Positions 55,331-64,000 of a stretch of DNA of 64,000 nt are shown piece after piece. The position numbers and the translations under genes were made by a program. The notes beneath the pieces were generated by a model, which ran no database searches, was not told the DNA's origin, and saw nothing but the letters and a program-made list of their open reading frames with translations. How positions within the stretch are numbered: position 1 is the stretch's first letter; each line of letters opens with the position of its first letter. Source of the DNA: Octopus vulgaris (taxonomy: Eukaryota); assembly GCA_951406725.2 (NCBI GenBank), contig OX597820.1, positions 62,992,001-63,056,000 on the forward strand, read 5' to 3'.

Positions 55331-56059
55331 ATCTGCCTACCAGAATTAATAGGGAAAGCTGACCTTCATTTACAATCCATGAGAACCCAGGTGTAAATAT
55401 CTTTTTTCGTATTTGTAATTAGGTTGTATTTTAACATAGAAAAAAGAAAAAATATGGCAATTTGCTGCAGTTCAATTCATACCTCATGTTTATCGGAATC
55501 ACATTCATTAAAGCCATGGCTTCTATTTAAAGCTGTATATATTGTAAAATGAATGGGGGAAAGTGAGAGAAAGAGAGAAATAGGTTGTAGATAGCAAGTT
55601 GCGGTACATAATTATAATAAGTGTAGGAGGAATGTAAGAGAATAGAGAGAAATAGAAATATGTAGGAAGAGGCATCGAATATGGAACTGTAATGCTAAAG
55701 TAAGCTAAAAGAGACGCAGCATTAGGATTAGTAAAATATAAGAAACCGTGCATGAATGAGAATTACAGTGGAAGTCTAGAAAGGGAGACGGAGAAAGTAG
55801 CATCAAGAAAATTGATTCTTTGTAACATAAAAAATTGTGCATATAATTCTCCCCAATATTTATTAAAGCTGAACTTTATCTATTTTAATTGTCTCTTATA
55901 AAACAGGACACTGCCTCGGTAGATAAAAAAGGCTTTCGTTACGAATTTCGAAATTTTCGAAATTTGCAGCGAAAGGCACCAATGCAGATATGATGTCAAA
56001 TTCAGTTTAAACAATAAAGATTTAATGAAGATTTTATGTATTCTGTAGATATCTATCTG

Positions 56060-56136
<77 letters not shown>

Positions 56137-56505
56137 TTATCTATCTATCTATCCGTCTATCTATCTATCTATCTATCTATCTATTTGTATATATATATAT
56201 AGAGAGAGAGACATGTATATATATATTTATAAATAAATGGAGTTAACGCAGGTGTTATTCAAATTATTTTACTTCTGACACATGTTTCGAAGATATCATT
56301 GGTATTATTCCAAAGGAATAAAATGGTGTCACTTGTTTACCGAGGGTAAGCCATTCCTTACGCTGCTTCATATTGATGTACACGCACCATTTTTTGTCGC
56401 CAAAAACGATTCGGTAACGAAATCGTTGCTTGTGTCCATGTGTTGAGCGGTGACGATCAAGCAAACCAGCGGAGATTGTGGCTCGTTGATTTTTCTTGTT
56501 GTCAC

Positions 56506-57061
56506 TTAAAGCATGTGGAACCTAGGCTCCATACTTCTCTGAACCTTTCCCATCGAGTTAAAATGATTTTCTATAGCAGTGTTGGAGCATTCCTTTTTCT
56601 TTGCCGGTTCCCTTGTCGTTCGACGAGAATTTTCGTGCAAAGGTTGGTTTAATCGCTCTTCATTGAACTCAACTGGGCGGCCAGAACGAGGTGCGTCTTT
56701 GAGGTCAAAATTTCCATATTTGACCTTGGCATACCAATTACGACCGGTTCTTTCAGCTATGGCACCTTCTCCATACACAGCACAAATGTCGCGAGCAGCT
56801 TTTACGGCCTTAGAACCTTGATTAAAAACAAAAAGAAGGAGATATCTAAAATGCCCGTTTTTCTTAACTTGAAATTCCATATTAATGATCTGAAAATAAA
56901 CAAAAACTAACTAAAATAAACTAGAGAAAAACAACCTAAATAGATTCCAAAATGATTCAAAAATAGAATTCTGGAAAAAAAATATATTCCAAAACTTAAA
57001 ATCGTAATAAATTCCAAAATTAAAAAAGAAAAACGGTGGGAACTTGGTTGCCAACCCAATA
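56506..57061 (-). mobile_element. Mariner-family transposon 5' half (TIR + N-terminal HTH domain)
   Basis: Minus-strand TIR-like 'tattgggttggcaaccaagttcccacc' next to TA. ORF 56880-56506 HFRYLLLFVFNQG..AARDICAVYGEGAIAERT..WYAK..GNFDLKDAPRSGRP is a mariner N-terminus; no DDD domain. Confidence 0.88.
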
Positions 57062-57069
57062 TATATATA

Positions 57070-57365
57070 TTGTGGCACTCCGTTGGTTGATTAGATGAAC
57101 GGAACTGCTTGTGTGAAAAGTTAACGTGCAAGTAACTGATCACTCCGCAGCACAGACGCACATTTATCGCAGTCTTTAGAGGGACTGAGTGTGACAAAAA
57201 TGTGCAAGGATGTTCCTTTAAAATACAGAAACCAAATATTTTTGCAAGCTGAATAGACTGGACTGGCGCGAAATAAACTTCGTTTCTCAAGGACACAACC
57301 CCCGCTGGGAAACGAACTCCCGAGTGCGAGCTGAATACCCAAATCATTACATCACGGGCCTTCAT
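57070..57365 (-). mobile_element. tRNA-derived SINE, S3-related, degraded
   Basis: Minus strand 'tgaaggcccgtgatgtaatg...gagttcgtttccc...gttgtgtccttgagaaacgaagtttatttcgcg..gtccagtc'. Confidence 0.6.
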
Positions 57366-58274
57366 ATACACATGTACATACATTCATACATACATACATA
57401 CGTACGTACATACATACATACATACATACATACATACATACATACATGTGTGTGTGAGCGTGAGTGTGTGCGTGTTTGTGTCTGTTTGTTAGTGTGTGTG
57501 TGTCGGGAGAGAAACTGACAGATAGTTACTCATAAGAAGACATAGAGATGCTTACGTATCACTTTATATTTAGCTTGCTTTTGCTTGTGTGTATTTGTGT
57601 GTGTAGTTGTGCGTGTGTTTGTGTGTGCATGTGTGTGTGTGTATTTGTATGCATTTGTATGCGTTTGTTTGTGTATGTGCGTGTACTGCTTAACATACGC
57701 GGAAGGGAAATTAGGACGAAGATTGATAGGCAGAAAGACAAAAAATCATACAGATAACTGAATACATACAGACGTACCAAGAAAGATATAAAGGATGAAA
57801 GCGAACGATAGTATGTCAGCGTGTATGTCAAACTAAGCAAAGCGTAGGAAATTATGCTAAAACAAACCCAGATATTCTATATGTAACAATATACCTCAAT
57901 TTATGAAGGAATGTATTTTCCAATTGAATGCATATGTATGTGAATGCATGTACATTTGCCTCAGTATAATATTTCTCGATGTGTCTAACTGTTTGTGTGA
58001 TTCCTTGTCGGTCTGTCTCTGTCCTTGTCTCTCTCTGTCTGAGACTCTCCTGTAAGTAGAAAACCACAGAACAATAAATCTTCATAAACCTTATGTGCAT
58101 ATGAACAAATGTATATATGTATATGAACTAATATACACACCCATACACACCCTCAAATGTACAATTACAGACCATGAAGCAGACACAAACAAACACACAA
58201 ACACAAAAGGAATACGCACTCATACATTTACTCACGTATATATATATCATATATATATTTATATATATATATAC

Positions 58275-58332
<58 letters not shown>

Positions 58333-58352
58333 CTTATATATATATATACACA

Positions 58353-58386
<34 letters not shown>

Positions 58387-58427
58387 CATATACATATATA
58401 TAGTCGTATATATATATATATAGATAT

Positions 58428-58466
<39 letters not shown>

Positions 58467-60594
58467 TGTATATATATATATGAATATATATATACATGTG
58501 TATATATATATATAGTTAGATATATGCACAATCACGCACAGACCCACATATAAACACGCACCTACAAACATAAATACGTGTGTCCGTATGTCTTTGTATT
58601 TATCTGTGTGTGTGTGCGTGTGCGTATATGTATGTGTTAGTGTGTGTCTAATGTGTGTGTGTTGATTACTGATAATTTTCATTTATAATTGAATGAAAGG
58701 AGTAATATATGCAGGAAAATGTGTTTGTCTATAGTACTAGTAACCGAAGTCTTTTGAATCATCATGCTGATTTACATTTTAGAAACTATTCATACAAGGA
58801 GGAAGATGACAATATTTATGAACAAATATTCATAAACATAAAGGCATATATGATTGCCACTTCAATAAACGGCTTGGAAAATGTATCACATATTCATCTA
58901 CTCATCTATTATTAGCAAAACCTAAACACCCACACACACACACGCACGCACACATACTCATATATGTTAATCAAAAATATGTTATATATTCGTATCGTGA
59001 GTATCACGTGAAAAACGTAAAAATACAAGGAAGGAGGACATTGTTAATGCAGTTATCATGTTGCTATAAAATACAAGGCATTAGTTTATAGTAATGATGT
59101 TTTTAGAAGCAGTTTCGGTAAGAGTACAAAATCGCCTATCACAACAATATAGGGCTATAACAGTTAAGGTACCATTTTAATGAAGTACCTTTTCAAACAG
59201 AAAAATTGCGAGCCTTTACTATTAAGTTTTCTTGAATTAAAACGGTTAATGGAGGTTGCATAATTTTCAGAAGAAAACCTTACATTAATGGGACTTCTAT
59301 TAAAAATTTTATGGTAACTACGATACATCTCAAAATGGAAAGAGATTAAACTGAAGCATTTTGTGGCAATATATGAGCGTACTTTTAATCTAAAAGCTAA
59401 ATTATGCCATACAATATTTATTGATATATCTTTACATTTGGGGATATTAGTGTGCGTTCTGTGTCTTTTAATTTATCTACAAAGCCACTATTACAAAACC
59501 TCGTTACACGAATGAAAAGCAGTAATGGACCAAGCCTCATCTGAAAACAATGATGCTCAAAGTTTACCAATATTAGAGACTAAATATCTTAGAATGGTGG
59601 TGGGGAGTGTCATACTAAACCTTATTTACCTAAAATAATCATTAATTGGGTTTTCAGCAAGAGTAACATTTGTTTTAAAGTAATATCCATAAAATAAATT
59701 CTATTAAGATTAGTGTCACCTCTAATTCGTAAACTTATTCCACTAAATAGTTTTATGAGCGTCCTTTTGTAAATCTACCAATCTTGTAACTGTTCATTCG
59801 GTGCGAATCTTTCATTTCCGTTCTATCTCTCTCTCTCTCTCTCTCTCTCGTCTCTCTGTCAATATATATATATATACACACACATATATATATATATATG
59901 TATATGTATATAGGTGCATATATTTTTATAATGTATGCATAAGTATCCATACATTGGTATATGCTTAGTATGTGTATGTGTATGTATACGTATACATATA
60001 TACACATATCTATTTGGATTGAAATGCATACATGTTTGCGTATATTTGTGTGCCTGTGTGGGTGTGTTCGTGTGTCTGTTTGCTAGTATGTATTCGAAAA
60101 TGTCTTTGAAAATCTCTCCCACCACTCTATTCTTACTATCTCTGTCTGTGAGTCTGTCTGTATGTCTCTCTCTTTCTCTCTCTTTCTCTCTCGTTTTCTT
60201 TTTGTCTACAAAAGTGTTATAAGTGCTATTGGTAATGCTATTATCTAAAATATATATGTAGCAGTAGAGGCAACGTATAGAGAAGAACTTATCATCTCTT
60301 CCTAGTCGTTTCTTTGTTCTATCAAGAGAATATTACATTCGAATTAATAACATTTATCGACAAAATTATTCTATTATTGCAAATTGTCCAACAATTCTTT
60401 TCTAGTTTCACATATTTTCTTTTATCTTTTTCTCTGTACATTTTTGTTTTCTTTTATTTTCTTTTTCTCCTGCTCCGTTTTACGAAACTATGGCTATTTT
60501 ATCTATTTCACTATCTTTGGCTTTATGATGTTAGATTTATAGCTTGTCATTTAGCGAAAGCGATATTAGAATTTATGCTTTGGCTTTTATCTTT

Positions 60595-60770
60595 TACGTA
60601 GTCATTGGACTACGGCCATGCTGTGCTCCGTTTTGAAGGGTCTAGTCGGAATAATCGACTCTAGTATTTGTTATTTGTTTTTAGCTTGTTACTTATTGTA
60701 TTGGTTGGTGACTTACGCTGAACTGCTAGGTTACGGAAACGCAAATGAACCGACCTCAGTTGTCAAGCGA
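60595..60770 (-). mobile_element. Degraded S1 SINE tail
   Basis: 'gtcattggactacggccatgctg...tagtcg...atcgac...ctgaactgctaggttacgg...gttgtcaagcga'. Similar remnants at ~29140-29270 and ~33370-33455. Confidence 0.6.
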
Positions 60771-61018
60771 AGTGTGTGTGCTAGGAGAGTAGGAAGGGAC
60801 AGGACACGGATATTTGGGGAATAATTGTAACTATTGATTTTGTTAACCTCAGGTAAAAACATGATTAGTGACGTTCCTAGTCATGACCATCTCCTCTGTA
60901 CTTTGTTTTGTCGGACATTACATAAAGCGTGCTTCATTATTTGTCTACGTTATACTTAAAACATGTCGAATAGCCATATAAAGGCGTATATCTCGACTTC
61001 TTTGCTAATTAACTGTTG

Positions 61019-61070
<52 letters not shown>

Positions 61071-62119
61071 ATATACATATATACACGGGCACACATACAT
61101 ACACATGCACATACACACATTACTATGAAGCCCATAACCTTTCCCAGAGAGCCACTTCACCTATTTTCCCTCTGTGAAATCTTCCTTTTTGTTTAACTTT
61201 TTCAAAAGTGGTTTGTTCTTCCCGAACTTCTTCAATCATTACAGAACAATATATTGGCACTCATTCTGAGTTACTGAGATAATTGTGGCTACAAAATGTT
61301 TTTAATGCTAAATGTTACATAGCGCTTGCCTTGCTATGTTCTATGTTTTGCCCTATACTCAGTGTGGTATCGTCAACTAGGTACAGCACAGCGATATGTT
61401 CATGACTTTCGGTGGACATAAGACTTAAACAGTTTTCTACAAATTTCTTGACTTCATTAATCTTTCCATTAACTCTGTGTTTACCATCAGTCCATCACGT
61501 GATATAAACATGATGACCGGCCATGATACGAACATTGTGACTACTCACGGTTAAACATGCTTTCCAATATTTTTGATCATTAATTTCATATTTATTGCTT
61601 CCAAATATCTGGGAATAAGCGTATAAACAGAGATGTGTCAGACAGTTTTAAACGGATTTGCCGAGCCTTCTGTCTTATAAGTAAAGCAGGTAAACTTAAA
61701 ACTGATCCCATTCTATCAAGAGGATATCTTCCAATATTTTGTACTATCTTTCATCAGTTCCTACGTCAGTGGAAATTTGAAACTGCAGCAATCTATTTCA
61801 AAGCATAGTTATGCTATCGTTTGCTTTACCTTCTCTTAGATTAAGTTACTTTGGCAAAATTATGTAACTTAATTACTTTTCTTTGAAATTCCTCAATATT
61901 AAAAGTACATTATTTTTGATAATGGAGTAAAAGCTAGTTTAATATTATATCTAAACGCATTGCCGTATGCGTGAGTATTGGTGTTAAAGTTGCTGTTAAA
62001 AATAATTTAGCAAACTAGCAATATTTTTTAAATATTACATATTCATATAAATCGTTGTAATTATTCATTCATTTGTAAATTTTGTTTATGCTTTGTCTAA
62101 TTTGCATTGGGCAATAGAG

Positions 62120-62292
62120 AATATTGCTTTCAAACTTTGGCACAGGGAACCAATTTTGGGTGGTGGGATAGTCATTAACATTTTATTATTTATTTTATTG
62201 ACCCCGAAAGGATGAAAGACAAGAAAGGAAAAATAAAAAGGAGACAGACGAAATGCTGCTAAGCATTTTCCCCGGCGTGCTAACGATCCTGT
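62120..62292 (-). mobile_element. Nin-like SINE, degraded
   Basis: 'ttttattgaccccgaaaggatgaaagacaa...gacagacgaaatgctgctaagcattttccccggcgtgctaacgatcctgtca'. Confidence 0.7.
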
Positions 62293-62766
62293 CACACCAC
62301 ACTTTACTAATATGTATATTTAAAATAAACCCCACAAACTCGTAAATATATAATTTTAGAAGGTGTATCTTATGTTCCAAGTAGAAATCACACATTTAAC
62401 ATAAACACATGCAAGAATGGATATCGATAGAGTAAGTACCAGACTTAATGAAATATTCACTGGTGCTAATACGAGATATGAAGACGCATGAAAGATATCC
62501 ATCAGCTTCTTCACAAACCTGTGACATAAATCAGGGAAGGAATCGGAATATCCAGAGAGCAAACATTGTCAGATAATTTTCGCTTAGCTTAGCTACTTCC
62601 TTTGAGTAATTAAGATGCCTTCCTTGCAGAGGATTAGGAAAAACTCATAAGCTTTATCTTTAACGCATGAATGTATAATTTACAGTCGCATTTGAATGTA
62701 TGAAGATCATATACACATATATGGATGGAAGTGTATGTGTAAGCATACCTTACATATATAAATATG

Positions 62767-62806
<40 letters not shown>

Positions 62807-63036
62807 TGCATATATTTGCATATATGTATGTATCTATGTATCAATCAATCGATCTATCTATATATATTATATATATATACATATAAATATATGTATATAT
62901 GTATGTATATATATATATACATATGATATATATATATATATATATATGCACATAAATGCATGTATATATATATTTATATATATGTATGTATGTATATATA
63001 TATATATATATGTGTGTGTAAATATCTATATATATA

Positions 63037-63116
<80 letters not shown>

Positions 63117-63845
63117 TATATGTTTCACTCATGTGTGCGTATTTATGCAGAGATTTTACTAGCCTGCGTATGTATTATATACATCAGATTAGTTTCAGAT
63201 AAGCATATAAACTGTTTATGTATTCAAAATTATTTATGTACAAATGCAACATAAATTCCTATTTGTGCGTATATCATATAAACAGATGAGTATGAATATA
63301 TACATACCAACACGCAAAAGTTCGCGTGCGCGTGTAAGTGGGGTAGCGCAATATATCAATTTGTTTTGTAACAGACGGGGTTGCGGCGAAAATTATTCAA
63401 TCGAAAATTAAATCAAAGCTAAATAAAGAAAATGGGGTAAAGGTATACCACATATTTGGGTATAAATAAGGTGAAGAATTAGTGCAAGGCAGTGTAAACG
63501 AATATAAATTCACCAGATGTGATTATATTTAAGTAATTATTGGTAAACTGAGATGAATTTAACTGGAGAGAGGGATCGAGAGAGTGTCACGACAAAAAGT
63601 TGATGTATTTGGTTCTCTAAGTTTCTATCTATCAACGAATCAATCAAACCAACAGTATATATATATATATATATATATACATATCGATCTTGAAGTTCGT
63701 AATGCGCGCCTTACGATCGCTCTGGTGCGAAACTCGAGTCGCAAGACAAGTTATGAGATTCGGTTTTGATTATATATATGTCCCTCAGATTGTGTGAGTG
63801 TGTGTGTGTTTTTGTTTGTGGGTGTGTATGCGTCTATCTATCTAC

Positions 63846-63922
<77 letters not shown>

Positions 63923-63949
63923 ACACATTTATATAGACATATATATATT

Positions 63950-63987
<38 letters not shown>

Positions 63988-64000
63988 CATATACACACAT

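Noticed and set aside
61150-61800. Possible very old coding TE remnant
   Set aside because: Complex sequence, but I could not read any diagnostic motif in either strand.

Overview
AT-rich eukaryotic non-coding DNA saturated with microsatellites ((TA)n, (CA)n/(CATA)n, (TATC)n and a ~2.9 kb (AAT)n array). The SINE families and repeat load suggest an octopod cephalopod; this is an inference from repeat content, not verified. I found no host protein-coding exon, and almost all listed ORFs are translated microsatellites. Real coding remnants are all from transposable elements: three Penelope-like elements (PLE; RT and/or GIY-YIG), Dong/R4-type 3' ends in (AAT)n, CR1/L2-group and RTE LINE fragments, Tc1, mariner and hAT-Buster relics. 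Non-coding mobile DNA includes a Helitron-like element and many tRNA-derived SINEs. The main signal is a dense set of hammerhead ribozyme (HHR) motifs read by eye: about 17 good candidates plus several degraded ones. Two young tandem arrays (493-bp and 645-bp units) carry one type I HHR with a long loop II in each complete or near-complete unit, which is retrozyme-like. There is also a tRNA-head + (AAT) linker + HHR element, and PLE 3'-end HHRs showing three identities of the 3-8 core pair (C-G, U-A, G-C). Most of these elements sit in (TA)n tracts and many have an inverted 5' duplication. This suggests a PLE-driven, microsatellite-targeted system of ribozyme-bearing non-autonomous retroelements. 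All RNA folds are manual and untested.
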